Assembly (NCBI RefSeq): GCF_006345805.1
Contig: NC_043006.1
Coordinates: forward strand, 9,300,001-9,364,000
Reading direction: 5' to 3'
Source: Octopus sinensis
Taxonomy: Eukaryota
DNA: 64,000 nt
Positions 12,044 to 24,718 of this stretch are shown one piece after another. The notes under the pieces are model-generated. The model searched no databases, was not told the origin of the DNA, and saw nothing but the letters and a program-made list of their open reading frames with translations. The translations under genes and the position numbers were made by a program. The first letter of the stretch is position 1; every line of letters starts with the position of its first letter.

Positions 12044-12582
12044 ACAAAACGAACAAAATATAGCTGGAATGTCGTGACATATGCTAAAAGCATATGTAGC
12101 GAAAGACTGATAAGGTTGAGTTGCCTTAACCCTTATTGCTTGATGTACGGTGAACACACCAAAGCTATCCTAATCGATAAAGAAAAATACATATAAACTT
12201 GAAGGAAAAGTGTAATGTTGAGCAGCCGGGGTTCGTGGTGGAGTTCGATTAACTGCCACCAATGGTAGAACTACAGGAACTAGATCCTTACATTAGATAT
12301 TTAAAAAAGTCAAAGTAAAATGGTTTAAAAAAAGGAAGAAAAAAGCGTAAACAAAATGGTGTGGGTAGTGAAAAAATAAGGAAAAAAGAAAAATACTACA
12401 AATTGAAAGTAAGAACGTTCAAATGATACTACATGTGAGTGCGGGGCATGCAACCATTTCATCAACATCGATTTCATTGTACATTTTTCCATTTTTTATT
12501 CCTTTCATGTCTTTTGCCACTATGGTTCTGTATGTCCTTGTGATGACCCCTCTGTATTACAGCGTGAGTGATGAATAAAAAA
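12044..12582 (+). mobile_element. Probable 3' remainder of the L1/Tx1-like element (AATAAA plus A run)
   Basis: AATAAA at 12574-12579 running into an A tract; T-rich 3' UTR-like stretch before it. The family link is inferred from position only. Confidence 0.35.
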
Positions 12583-12700
12583 GATACGATGTTCGGAGGT
12601 CGAGAGTTCGGATGATAAGAGTGCACTAGTTGAATAGTCGGTAGTTGAGCAAAGGCAGGTCATCGGTGAAGGTACGTCGTCTGAACTTGCGATATAACGG

Positions 12701-12711
12701 TGGCGACGAGG
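12701..12711 (+). promoter_or_regulatory. Primer-binding site complementary to a tRNA-Ser(GCU)-type 3' end
   Basis: TGGCGACGAGG is the reverse complement of CCTCGTCGCCA. The tRNA assignment is from recalled metazoan tRNA-Ser(GCU) 3' ends. Confidence 0.6.
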
Positions 12712-12780
12712 TTTCGAATAGTACCGAAATGGAAGAGTTACTGAAAGCAGTTGTAAAGCAACGAGAGCAGCACAGAGTGT

Positions 12781-13131
12781 GGAGGCGCAATGGCCCAGTG
12801 GTTAGGGCAGCGGACTCGCGATTTCGATTCCCAGGCCGGGCGTTGTATGTGTTTATTGAGCGAAAACACCTAAAGCTCCACGAGGCTCCGGCAGAGGGTG
12901 GTGGTGACCCCTGTTGTACTCTTTCGCACCAAATTTCTCTCATTCTTTCTTCCTGTTTCTTGTCCCCGACTTCTGACGCAAATACCGAGCTTGGATGTGC
13001 ATTCATCCATCCGTCGATACTCTCGATGTCAGGTGTTGACCTGCTTTCTCTTCTGCGGGTCTTACGAATAGCAAAGGACCACGTTTCGGACTTCTCCCAT
13101 CTTGCGAGGTCTGGGACGAAGACCGTTCGCT
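12781..13131 (+). mobile_element. SINE with family B head and a distinct tail (tail Z), inserted in the gag polyQ region
   Basis: GGAGGCGCAATGGCCCAGTGGTTAGGGCAGCGGACTCGCG...TTTCGATTCCCAGG head as in 31026-31406; diverges after TCTTCCTGTTTCT into about 170 bp unrelated to other tails, ending at the CAG/CAA run. Confidence 0.75.
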
Positions 13132-14069
13132 CAGCAGCAACGGCAGCAACGGCAGGAACAGCAGCAAATACAGGAGTTAACAGAATTGTTACTGAATTCG
13201 AGAAATAGGACAGAAAATTTTTCAGCATGCGGTGTTGCAAATTCCATCGAAGAATTTCATTACAAACCGGATGAAGGAAACACCTTTATTGCGTATTACA
13301 GACGATACGAAGACATTCAGAGAGGAATGCAAGGGATGGTCTAGTGAAAGGAAGGTAAAGCTACTTTTGCGAAAGCTTGCCTCTCCGGAACACGAAAGAT
13401 TTTGTAACTTTATTTTGCCGAGAAAGCCCACGGAATTGTTTTAATGAAACAATAGATATTTTGACTAATATTTTTAGCGAAAACATTTCGCTATTTAACT
13501 TTCGGTGGGAGTCTTTAAATTTAAAGAAAAATGATTCCGACGATTTTGTAACATATACCACGATGATTAATAATGCTTGCGAAAGGTTTAAGCCGTTGAG
13601 AGGCATCCCACATGAACTAAGATGTGGGAGAAACATGTCAGCAAATGCAGATGACGTCCCCGTTATGGTCTCGAAGAGCTGGTATAGACTTAGTCGGCAC
13701 TGCTCTAAAAGAAAACAGGGCGATTAAAGGTGCAAAATTTAACCAAAAAAAGTAAGTGGGACTGCAGATCCGCACCTGGAAAAGCTGGTCCATGCGGTCC
13801 AAGAACACCGTGGGAGGCTAGAAGGAGGAAGCGTTTAAATTACTCGGGTTTTGTTTGGTGGAGAAGAACTGGGACGAGATGACGAGCAGAAAGGACAATG
13901 TCGCCAAGAAGTGGGCCGAGAGAAAGCAATCCATGAAAACTCGGGCAGAGGTGGTGAATGCACATAACATCTCCGTCATATATTATCACCTGACCGTCGT
14001 GCCTTGCCCCAGTTCACGTCTGACCAAACTGGAACGCGTACTTTTCTGTTAGTGTGCGGGGTGGGGTGG

Positions 14070-14195
14070 GGAGAAATGCTTAGAGCCATTTCGTACTGCT
14101 TTACCTTCTGATTTCAAATTCCGCCGATGTCGACATTCGTGGTTAGATAAAATAAGTACAAGGTGTCCATTGGGGTCGAGTTCATCGCTATAGCT
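14070..14195 (+). mobile_element. SINE family C, diverged fragment
   Basis: GAAATGCTTAG...TTTCAAATTCCGCCGATGTCGAC...GATAAAATAAGTAC...TGGGGTCGAG. Confidence 0.65.
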
Positions 14196-14589
14196 CCACC
14201 ATCCATATTTCTTGCCTTGCATCTGTACTGGAATCCTCCTCCTCCTCCTCCTCCAGCACCCTCCTCCATCTCCTCGTTCCCCTCATCATTATCATCACCA
14301 TCATAATCACCATTACCTGTAGCAATAACAGCAGCAGTAGTAGTAGTAGAATTAGTTGTAGTAGTAAGAGTAGTAGTAGTAGAAGAAATTATTGTCATAG
14401 TAAAATTCTATGCATACACCGTCATTTGTGCTAGTTTATGTGGCTTCTATTCTATTGAAGAAGCTCTATTCTCCCAAGTAATGGTCTTAATATTTCCTTT
14501 CTTCTCTTTGTGCACACTTAGTCCGGGATATTTAGTCATATATATATGTATGAATGGCATATATATATATATATATAAATGATAGGCAT

Positions 14590-14830
14590 TGTTTGTCTTT
14601 GCAAGGCTGCCATATTACTGACGTATCTATTTCCGAATTCTTATTCACTTAGAGATACATAAGCATCTCTTTTTAGACTGAAACGTCAATTAGGAGGTGT
14701 TTTATTTCCTACAGTCCTTGACAACAATATCATGTCGATTATCCCTGTATATATTACCACATCTCAAAGTGTAGCCACTTCCTCATTTCGCAGAATCATT
14801 TTCTAATGTATGATTATATACCGCCACCTC
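14590..14830 (-). pseudogene. Restriction-like-endonuclease (RLE) non-LTR retrotransposon relic (R4/NeSL-like)
   Basis: Minus strand gives ENDSAK, NRHDIVVKD (14714-14740; cf. NRPDIVVKD) and LLIDVSV (14676-14696) in the RLE-domain order, with frameshifts. Confidence 0.6.
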
Positions 14831-16554
14831 ATTTCTGACGGCCTTTAACAAGGCTGTCAGAGTGTCCAGTGTATGTAAGTTCCAGCCTCCGTTACTCTCT
14901 TATGTGTATATGATGCCGTGATAAACTTGACAGCCGGAGTCTAATGGTTAATTAATTCTCAATATATTATGCAGTTACAGACATTTACACATTTTACTTT
15001 TCAGATAGGAGTGTTTTTATCCGCTACGATATTGAATATTCTGTTCTCTCTCACCTTCCGTCTCTCACTTTCTCTCTCTTTCTGTATCTCTCTGTCTTTC
15101 TCTCTTCTCACCTTCGCTTCTTGCACTTCACAATCACGTTTTTTTTTTTCGAGTATTGTGATAGTATGTTATAATTTATTACGAGTTATTTCTGTATTTG
15201 CACGGGGGATATGTCCTAATAATGTTGTATATAAATATAACGCCTACTTCTCTTTACTTGCTGTAAATATATTTCCATGTCACATTTTCTGTAACTTATT
15301 GCAAACGTCATCGTTGCCTTTCTTCTCTAGCCAGACTAATATAATTCGTGTCGAGTTCAAAATATTGTAACTATAACATATTATTGGACATCGGCTACTG
15401 ATACCTGACATGTTTTTATTTCCTTTGTCGCACATTTAATCTTAAGTATTAGTCTATTGTTACATCAACATCTTTTTCTCGACGTTCATGTTATTCTAAT
15501 AAGTGCAAAGAGGCTGAAGATAGCAGGCCATAATGGAAGAAACAGTTAAATGATAAAAAAGAAAATCTATCAGAAAACAGCTTAACCACGCCAAGAACAA
15601 ATTTTAAAAGAATTACATGGAATCATTAATAAAAGCAGAAACATGCATGCTGTTTTTATGACAACATGTACAAGCAAGGAATATAAGACTAAATGAAATA
15701 ATGCATGTAATAGTTACAAAGGAAAATGGCTATTCCCTAAGCGTTACTTTTCTATTAATGGGAAAACCGCCTCCTATAATTATTGCATTAAATCATTTAG
15801 GATAGGAAGAAGATTCATTTATTTATGCTCCTTAACAACGAATATTCGATAAGGAATTTCGGAACACTCTCACTGATTGAATTCGTAAATCCCTTGTTTA
15901 ATCAATCACTCATTCGTTGAGACAATTCCTGCTGTATCTTAATTCGACCGTTTTATTAGTACTTTATAATGTTAGCGTAATTGCTAACGTGGAAAAGTTT
16001 CAATTCCGTTATTCTCATAGACACACTAATAAATATTGCGAAGGCAGTAAAATCGCATAGTATGTTAGGATCATAATCGTAATGTCTTGGGTTCAGTTCT
16101 TTGACACTAAGGTGAGTTGTGTCCTTGATTAAAGCGCTTGATTTCACTTTGCTTAAGTCTATTCAGCTGAAATGCTAATGCCAATGCTAAAGCAGCTTAC
16201 TCTCCGTTCATCTGTGATCTTTTTTTTAATGAACTGCTTGGTCAAAGGTCAGAGAATATTCGAGAGTACATAAGGCCTTAAAAAAATTATGGGAAGTATA
16301 GTTCACTTTACCAAGTCATTTACGCTTGCAGGTGACGGTTGGGTCTTTATATGTGAACACATTTACAGCGTATTTAATTGTTCCGTACTTACTTCTCTAC
16401 ATTCAGATCGTATATAGTTTTGGTAGCTTCATGTGCGCAGGACTGATCCGTTGCCACAATCAACAATACTTACGTTTAATTATGGACTACTCTGACGCAT
16501 AGACTATTATTAGGTCCATGTTCACTTACTAAATGTAGATGATTCCCTTGTGGT

Positions 16555-16710
16555 CATTATTCTGTTATCTTTGAGTTCAAATTCCGGTGAGATCGACTCT
16601 TCGTTTCATCATTTCGGGGTCGATGAAATACTTAACACTTACGCACTGGGGTCGGTGTAACTGACCATCCCACCAACCAAATGATCAAAATCTTGCGCCT
16701 AGAATAGGAA
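16555..16710 (+). mobile_element. SINE family C, diverged fragment
   Basis: TTTGAGTTCAAATTCCGGTGAGATCGAC...TTTCATCATTTCGGGGTCGATGAAA...GCACTGGGGTCGGTGTAA. Confidence 0.7.
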
Positions 16711-18108
16711 TAATTATTCTGTAATCTTTGTCCTTGCTTACTAATTTTCAGTTTTTCTGTTATTTTTCTCCTTTAGGATTCTCCTTGTCACATAATTCTA
16801 TGCTGCTTTTATATTTGCCGTAACTTTTTTCATTATATTATTCTAAACGATAGCTATGTTTATATTTTGCTAATATCTTTTAAATTATTTTCTTTGTGTT
16901 TTCAAAGTTTAAAATGTATTTTCAGCTAAAGCTACTACTCACAATTTACTTTGTTCATATTTTATTATAAGATTCAATTATGTTTACTAGCAGTCCTTAG
17001 CTCTAATGAACATTCCAATGGCGTGTACCTACATCCAACAGTCTTCCAGTTGTGACCACAGGTCTTTTGTTTTTTATATATTATGGACTATAGTATAGTA
17101 TAGATTCGTTCCCATTTTTAAGTAGATAATTAGTGATTTTTCGCAATATATAGCGGCTATTTCTGCTGCATTATAGCAACAGAAATAGCAACCATATGTT
17201 AGATGCAAGAATTGAAAGAACAACTGGTAGTTTTTAACTGCAACCATTTACGTTCTGAATTCGAATCCCGCTCTGGTGAACTTTCCATTTAATCCTCTCC
17301 GATGTCGATAAACCAGTCAGTGAAGTACTTCACTCGATTTAATCAAGTACAGTTCCCACATTCACACATTTATATGCAAAAACAGACAAAAGAAACAACA
17401 AAAACAAACTAAACAATGCATGACACCATCATCAAGCAGCGATCAGCAGCACAGCTTCAGGTTTCAATTGCCGCTTTATTTCTCCTGTAGTGTGTAAATC
17501 ACATTTCCTTAACTCCATATAACACAGCGATAGTCTTCTTTGAGATGTGTGTAGACGCTTTTTTCAATATATTTTCTTTACTTTTATCGCTATATTCACA
17601 TGCCATTCAAACTGCCATACACGAGATAAAAGTTCCGCTAATCAGTAAAGAGTTAACAGCGAACTAAAGAATATTATTCATTACGTTATTTTTTTTTTTA
17701 GTTTAGTTTTGATTTTATGTTGTTATCTTTGGCATCGCTGGAGGTAATTGGATAAATTGCTTCCTGAGGCTGACTGTTGCCCTAATTAATCAGACAGTTT
17801 TTTTAAAAACCGAAGCAGCTTCTGACATTTCTTGCACGCAACATACAGCCTGTTCTGAAATTTGTAATTCTACTACATAGGTTCTTGCAGGCACGCTTGA
17901 CACTTCACATAATGTGTGTGTCTGTGTATTATATATATATATATAATTACTTCTTTATTTAATTTGTAAACGCATGAGAAAAGACTGTTTATGTGATGTT
18001 TTTGCAGCTTTCATAAAAAAAGCATATAACTCTGCCTTTGATATTCGAGTGCTATTTTTTTCATCTTCCCTTGCATCTCTGTGGTTTTTCGTCTACCCTC
18101 CCCCATAT

Positions 18109-18163
<55 letters not shown>

Positions 18164-18401
18164 GAAAATATACATGCACTTACATGGTGATATATGCACG
18201 CATGCAACCTATTCTCTCCCGATAAACCAGTATAGAATGCATTTATTCAGATATACCTGCGTCTATTTGTTCAAGTATACATACGCTGAGTGGGCGAAAA
18301 TTTCAATAGTCTCCGGAATTTTCAAAGACATCCTTCAGTTTTTCTAATATTGCTTGAAAAAATAGAATAATGATGAATAAACAAATTCTTGTACGAAAAG
18401 A

Positions 18402-18527
18402 TAATAATAATGATAATAAGAACGTCAATAATAATAATAATAACAATGGTGATGATGACGATGTTGATGATGACGATGACGATGACAATGATGATGATGA
18501 CGATGATGACGATGACGATGACGACGG
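18402..18527. repeat. (AAT)n/(GAT/GAC)n trinucleotide repeat
   Basis: Direct reading; source of the poly-N/D/S ORFs. Confidence 0.9.
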
Positions 18528-19190
18528 CGACATGGTTTCTCATCTTAACTGAGTGGAAGTGTTACCATGTACATTGTCTTGTCTTGATATCAAAGATGGG
18601 CTACAGCAAATATTCTGCTCAACACCACATATTTGCTTGTCAGTTGCTTGACCTTAACCAACTGAGCATGTCCCTTAGTGGCTAACGATATGTGCATCTA
18701 TGATAATGAGCAGAAATAGTAGGGGAGCATGATAGTCATGACTCCGGAGGCTGATTAGAATAATTCACCACTGGAAACATGGGTGTTTCGGTCATCATCC
18801 TTAAACGAACCTTATTGATGGAACTTTTCAGCAGGTTGAGCTATACAACCGAAAGAAAATTCTAACTGGGCCCCAACTGCAGGGTCATGTATTGTTTATC
18901 TTGATATAAGATAACCATGTTGCGCATATATGTTTACCATGCATGTGCCTGGTGTACTTTTATCAGACGTGTAGTCACAGTGGGAATACTGGCTACGTAT
19001 ATTTTACGACAGTGTCTCTTCGATGGCATGCACTGCTCTATGACTCAGTAGTCATACTAATAATAATAAAATGCCATGATGCACTGCTCTGTTAATCAAT
19101 GATGTTGATAGTAATGATAATAATAATTATAATGATAATAATGATAATGTTAATAATAGTAATAATAATGATAATAATAATGATCATAAT
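18528..19190 (+). mobile_element. Interspersed repeat, probable non-LTR 3' end with (ATA/ATG)n tail
   Basis: Higher-GC block ending GATGGCATGCACTGCTC followed by an AAT-type tail at 19095-19190. It resembles an abundant octopus repeat from memory; no second copy in the window. Confidence 0.45.
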
Positions 19191-19421
19191 GCAAACTCTC
19201 TCTCTCTCTCTCCCTCCTTTACTAACTCGGATCACTCAAATTCATGTACATATCTTCATAGGCATATTGTCTATAAAGATTATTCTCTTTTCAGCATGCA
19301 TAAAAGTCACATGATTTCGAAACTATAATTTTCATGTCTTTTGAGGTTGGATTCGGTAAACGGGGCTGAAATATATATATAGGCATATATACATGCATAT
19401 ATGTACATACTGACATATATG

Positions 19422-19477
<56 letters not shown>

Positions 19478-19489
19478 TATGTGTGTAAA

Positions 19490-20150
19490 GGGCGTTACAA
19501 AACGTAAACAACGGAAATCCGAAATACGAAAAACAACATGAAATACGTACAAAAATGTCTTTTTATGCGAACGATATGAGAAACAAATAGAAAACAAGAA
19601 AGTAGCATAAAGAATGACTCTGCATCAGTTGGTGGATGTGTATCTACTCCACATTTCGAGCAATTCACGACAATATGCACCTTCGAGAAAAGAGTTGCTC
19701 TTGCAGACAAAAATAAAATTTGGGATATGCGGAAGGTGAAAGTTGGTAACAAAAACAGAACAGTGAACCAAATAGTGAGGGCTGCTAAGCCAGACGAGGT
19801 AAGGTGGCGAACGTTGAGAAACATTCTTTGACAGGAGAGAAGATAGGAGAGAAGGCAGACAAGAATGCGTCTGGTCTGTGCAACAGAACAAAAGAAAAGA
19901 AAAATGGACGATTGTTACGTGCGAGCAACAAGAGAGTAAAGGAGGAAAAAGGTGGGAGAGAGAGAGAGAGAGAGAGCGGGACAGAGAGAAAACGGCAAAG
20001 TTGAGTAAAAAGGAATTAGAGAAAGTAGAGAAAGGATGAGAGGGGTAAAAAGCGAAAGTGGGGTGGGGAGAAACAAAGAATTAGTGGAAGTCAAAGAGAG
20101 GAAACGAAAAGGGCGAGTGAGAGAGAAGAAACTGTGCCGAAGAGGGTCAC
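19490..20150 (-). repeat. Interspersed repeat family D, copy 1
   Basis: Shares GCTCGAAATG.GGAGTA...CAACTGATG..G.GTC and the TTTTCGTATTTC block with 20290-20790 and 52900-53450, and a CT-rich upstream part with the latter. Confidence 0.65.
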
Positions 20151-20289
20151 ATCAAAATTATTAAGATAAACTTACTTCGAAATGGATGCGTGACGTTCAG
20201 TCATATATTAATATAAATAAAATATCGGCATATATACATACATCTACATACTGACATATAAATGTGTATATATATGCATATATGGGTAC

Positions 20290-20790
20290 AGGATTCACAA
20301 AACGAAAACAACAGGAAATACGAAAATATGAAATCCGAAATACGAAAAACATCAAAAGCATTTTTATGCGATCGACGAGGAAAACAAATGGAAAGCAAGA
20401 CAAGTAACATAAAGAACGACCCTTCATCAGTTGTCGGCTGTTTGGTTGGTTGGCATCCTTTCTGTCTCGGGAGACAATGGAGTTGCGCACAAAGTAGTCT
20501 AGTCCGGCTTTTATATTTCATGTCCTGATACATTTCCTGCTGTGGCTGTGTAGTCCTATCATGGACAAACACTCCCTCTGGCAGGTACCGCAAATGTAGC
20601 GAAGACTGTTCCTGGCTGGTTGTAGTGCCATAGTCTCTTATTGACGTATCTTCCTTTCTTTCCATTTCTCCTCTCTCTCTCTCTCTGTCACTCCTTTGTA
20701 TTCCCTCTTTTACGGTACGTCGCCAATCTCCACTGTTTATTTACTCCACATTTCGAGCAATACACGACAAAATGTACATTCGATGGAATA
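20290..20790 (-). repeat. Interspersed repeat family D, copy 2 (interrupted by an insertion)
   Basis: Homology to copy 1 stops at 20443 and resumes at 20733. Confidence 0.65.
20444..20732 (-). mobile_element. RTE-type retroposon 3' fragment with a 6-bp TSD
   Basis: Flanked by CTGTTT (20438-20443 and 20733-20738). The minus-strand end GCGCAACTCCATTGTCTCCCGAGACAGAAGGATGCCAACCAACC resembles RTE-clade 3' termini. Confidence 0.65.
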
Positions 20791-20956
20791 TATTAAAGAA
20801 TGTAAAGACGTATATTGTAAAAAATACAGAGATACGCACTGGAATTCATAGAAATATATTTTGTGCGTAATTGCGTGCATGTTTGTGGAGTGTGTGCGTG
20901 TAAGTACCCAGGAATGCAAACCCCCTCCCTTATCTCACTCATAGATACATATATAT

Positions 20957-21031
<75 letters not shown>

Positions 21032-22485
21032 CACACATATATGAATAATGCATACAAAATAGGTTTAGGAATACCTGCATACATACACTCACACACATAC
21101 ATACACACATACATACATACACACATGCATATATAAATTACCTCAATGCCATCTGTCATTTGAAAGATTCAGAGAAATATCAGATGTAGAGTAAATGCAA
21201 ATATTTGAATGTTTGAATACTAGAACGATTGGTGGATTACATCCGGCACACTAACATCAACCCACAACCGCAATTATAAGAAGTATGAGTTGTGTGAAAG
21301 GACAAAATTTGCACTGTTATTGATATTTTCTCCTCAGCGACTATGACGAATTCTTTGAAAATCAATGGGAAAAAAGAATATTTATGGACATTGCTTTAGA
21401 AATCCACACCTTCGCGGTACTAAAAATTTAGATTTGCCCCACATTCATTAAGCACGTGTTCGCTTAATTTTGACACAAGGACAGCATTTTGGAGAGTGGA
21501 TAGGTTGCTTATATCGTGGCCTGTATTCAACTGGTAATTATTTTATCGATCTTGATATGACGAAAGGCAAAGTTGGCCTGGTGTGTGAGTGTGTGTTTAC
21601 GGAAGATTGGGAGGTGTAAGATGGTATCATGAATGGAATAATTTAGCACAAAAGAAACGAATAAGACAGAACAAATAAAACAGCGGCCTCATTAACTCAA
21701 GGGATTGCTATCAGCTCCACATCTTAGGAAATATGGCTAGTCTAGTGATGTGAACAACAATTAAATATTCGTACCAGGGTCATTATGTATTTCAAAGGGG
21801 AAATAAAATATACACATATATATATATACATTATATACCATAAATACTTAACTGAAACCCCACAAAAAAAAACCATGCACACACATGTGTGTCCACCAGG
21901 AGATGTTCTAAAGTTGAATCGTGACAAACACCTTGCAGGGATTTACAGATGTTATCAATTCGAAGGGTTTCTACAGTCTTTCCCTCTAGTAAATTTCACT
22001 CCGAAAATTTAAGTGGGTCGGATGCTATTGCAAAACAGAAACATCCATAATAACATAAAAGACCTCTAAAATATAATGCAGTCTCATTTCTTAATTCTTG
22101 TGGCCTCACCATGTTGCAATATGCACGTACATACATTATTGTACTTATCATTCGCGTTCATTGATTAGCATGTGTAATATTCATGCACACACACACAGGC
22201 ACACACACACAGTAACAAATAGAAAGGCGCACATACACACACAAACACACACTCACATATTTTTCAGTCGTGAGATGTGCATGGCCAACAACTATCGTTA
22301 ATCTCCCTGCATGATATCACTGAATCGTAGTCTGGAATTAGAATCGTTAAATAGGTCTTGGTCGATTGAACAAATTGCGAATGAAATGAGGACATTTGTA
22401 GTTACTATATGCGTTGCATAGAGAAATAGCCTAATTGAGGTAGTGCCGGAAATACATACATATGTATATATGTAATATATATATA

Positions 22486-22543
<58 letters not shown>

Positions 22544-22600
22544 GATATATAATATTTTATATATATATAAAACACGAACATAAAAGTCAGCGAAAGAGTG

Positions 22601-22638
<38 letters not shown>

Positions 22639-23100
22639 CGAGTAGAATTGACATAGGTGCGATAGACTGATGCAGAGAATGAGAGAGAGGGAGGCAGTTT
22701 GGAAAGCAGTGAATATTTGGGTAGGAAGAAACAGTATTTTGGAACATACGGTTTGGATTTGGAACAAAAAAAAATACATAAGAATATTAATAATATATTT
22801 ATTTTCGTCTTTACATAGAAACTTGCCCCACTGCGAATACATATGATCAAACACTTTACAACTGTTACCATTATACTTTATATACATGTGTGTGTGTGTA
22901 TTGAATAGGTGTGATAGAAGGAGTCTCAAGAATATTTGTACCAATTTGTTTTCAAGTACAACTTCCCTTTGATGAGCCAGGCGTCTTTTTCTAAATTCAT
23001 AAAAATGACCTCAAGAGCAGATACTTATATATGTCTGTACTTGCATCAGTAAGTGTATGTGGTGTGTGAGTGCGTGAGTTTGTGCGTATATATCTCTTTC

Positions 23101-23478
23101 TCTTTTATCTCTTTTACTTGTTTCAGTCATTTGACTGTGGCCATGCTGGAGCACCGCCTTTAGTCGAGCAAATCGACCCCGGGACTTATTCTTTGTAAGC
23201 CCAGTACTTATTGTATCAGTGACGGGGACGTAAACACACCAGCATCGGTTGTCAAGCAATGCTAGGGGGACAAACACAGACACACAAACACACACACACA
23301 CACATACGACATATATACGACAGGCTTCTTTCAGTTTCCGTCTACTAAATCCACTCACAAGGCATTGGTCGGCCCGGGGCTATAGCAGTAGACACTTGCC
23401 CAAGATGCCACGCAGTGGGACTGAACCGAGAACCATGTGGTTGGTTAGCAAGCTAATTACCACACAGTCACTCCTGCA

Positions 23479-23480
<2 letters not shown>
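23101..23480 (-). mobile_element. SINE family A, near full length
   Basis: Both halves and linker present; short internal deletion near 23212. Confidence 0.9.
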
Positions 23481-23512
<32 letters not shown>

Positions 23513-23617
23513 ATAATATATAGTATATTATATATATTATATATATATATAATATATATATATATATGTATATATATGTATATATATATATATATATATG
23601 TATTATATATATATAGG

Positions 23618-23668
<51 letters not shown>

Positions 23669-23793
23669 TATATATATATATATGAATATATATTATATGT
23701 ATATATATATATATATGTATATATGTATATATATATATATGTATATATATATATGTATATATATATATGTATATATATATGTATATATATATG

Positions 23794-23829
<36 letters not shown>

Positions 23830-23846
23830 ATATATATATATATATA
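23481..23846. repeat. (AT)n/(ATATGT)n microsatellite
   Basis: Direct reading. Confidence 0.95.
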
Positions 23847-24232
23847 TTCGTCACTTCGTTATGCGATGCCATTTTTAATCTGGCAATAAGGTATATTAAG
23901 AAGGATATTTACCCGCTTCTCCTTGGAGGCGGTTTGACTGTCTCAGTAACGATGTTGCTTCTGTAGTTTCTTTAGCGTTTATGTGTTAATCCGGCCGATT
24001 CTGGTTGTTTGAGAGAAAAGAAAATGAAGAAGAAAATAATAATAATAAAGCAGGGCTTTACAAAGTGATGGTGAAGTGACAGCTTCGGAAGGAAGACCAG
24101 GACGTATGTGAAAGCTGTAATGTAAATACTGACGACCATGATGAAGTGGTGACAATTATCAGCTGCCATAGCAGAGTTTTACCAGTCGGAATCAACCTGT
24201 GCGTTATTCATATATTTTGGGTTTTACCCTTG

Positions 24233-24460
24233 TACCCTTTTACTTGTTTCAGTCATTTGACTGCGGCCATGCTGGAGCACCGCCTTTTTTAATCGAGCAA
24301 CTCGACCCCGGGACTTATTCTTTTGTAAGCCCAGTACTTATTCTTCCGGTCCTTTTTGCCGAACCGCTAGGTAACGGAGACATAAACACACACACCAGCA
24401 TCGGTTGTCAAGCAATGCTAGGGGAACAAGCACAGACAGACACACAAACACACACAACGC
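24233..24460 (-). mobile_element. SINE family A, 3' half (partner of 25461-25620)
   Basis: TTTTACTTGTTTCAGTCATTTGACTGCGGCCATGCTGG...GACAGACACACAAACAC. Confidence 0.85.
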
Positions 24461-24543
<83 letters not shown>

Positions 24544-24718
24544 TAGTGTTTAGCAACGAATTGCCTCACCACACACCGAATTTAGAAATAGCAGTCAAAG
24601 AGTTGTAGCAATTCTTTCTACTAAAAGGGATCTCAGTAAAAATACAGCACTTGAATGGCAAACACAGACAGGTAAGAGAGAATGAAATGACGGCAATCTA
24701 TCATACAATTTTAAGTTA

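Larger units (their letters stand above)
12586..13600 (+). mobile_element. Gypsy-type LTR retrotransposon 5' relic: LTR end, PBS and gag N-terminus
   Basis: PBS TGGCGACGAGG at 12701-12711; ATG 12729 MEELLKAVVKQREQH; after the SINE insert QQQIQELTELL...FHYKPDEGNTFIAYYRRYEDI / KVKLLLRKLASPEHERFCNFILPRKP / FNETIDILTNIFSENISLFNFRWESLNLKK. Two frameshifts. Confidence 0.8.

Noticed and set aside
12781-12845. tRNA-like sequences with A and B boxes (also 31330-31406, 43168-43235, 58870-58939)
   Set aside because: SINE heads: no complete cloverleaf or acceptor stem, and they continue into SINE bodies.
12626-13240. Overlapping 204-aa and 187-aa ORFs
   Set aside because: They read through LTR, gag start and an inserted SINE; not a coherent gene.
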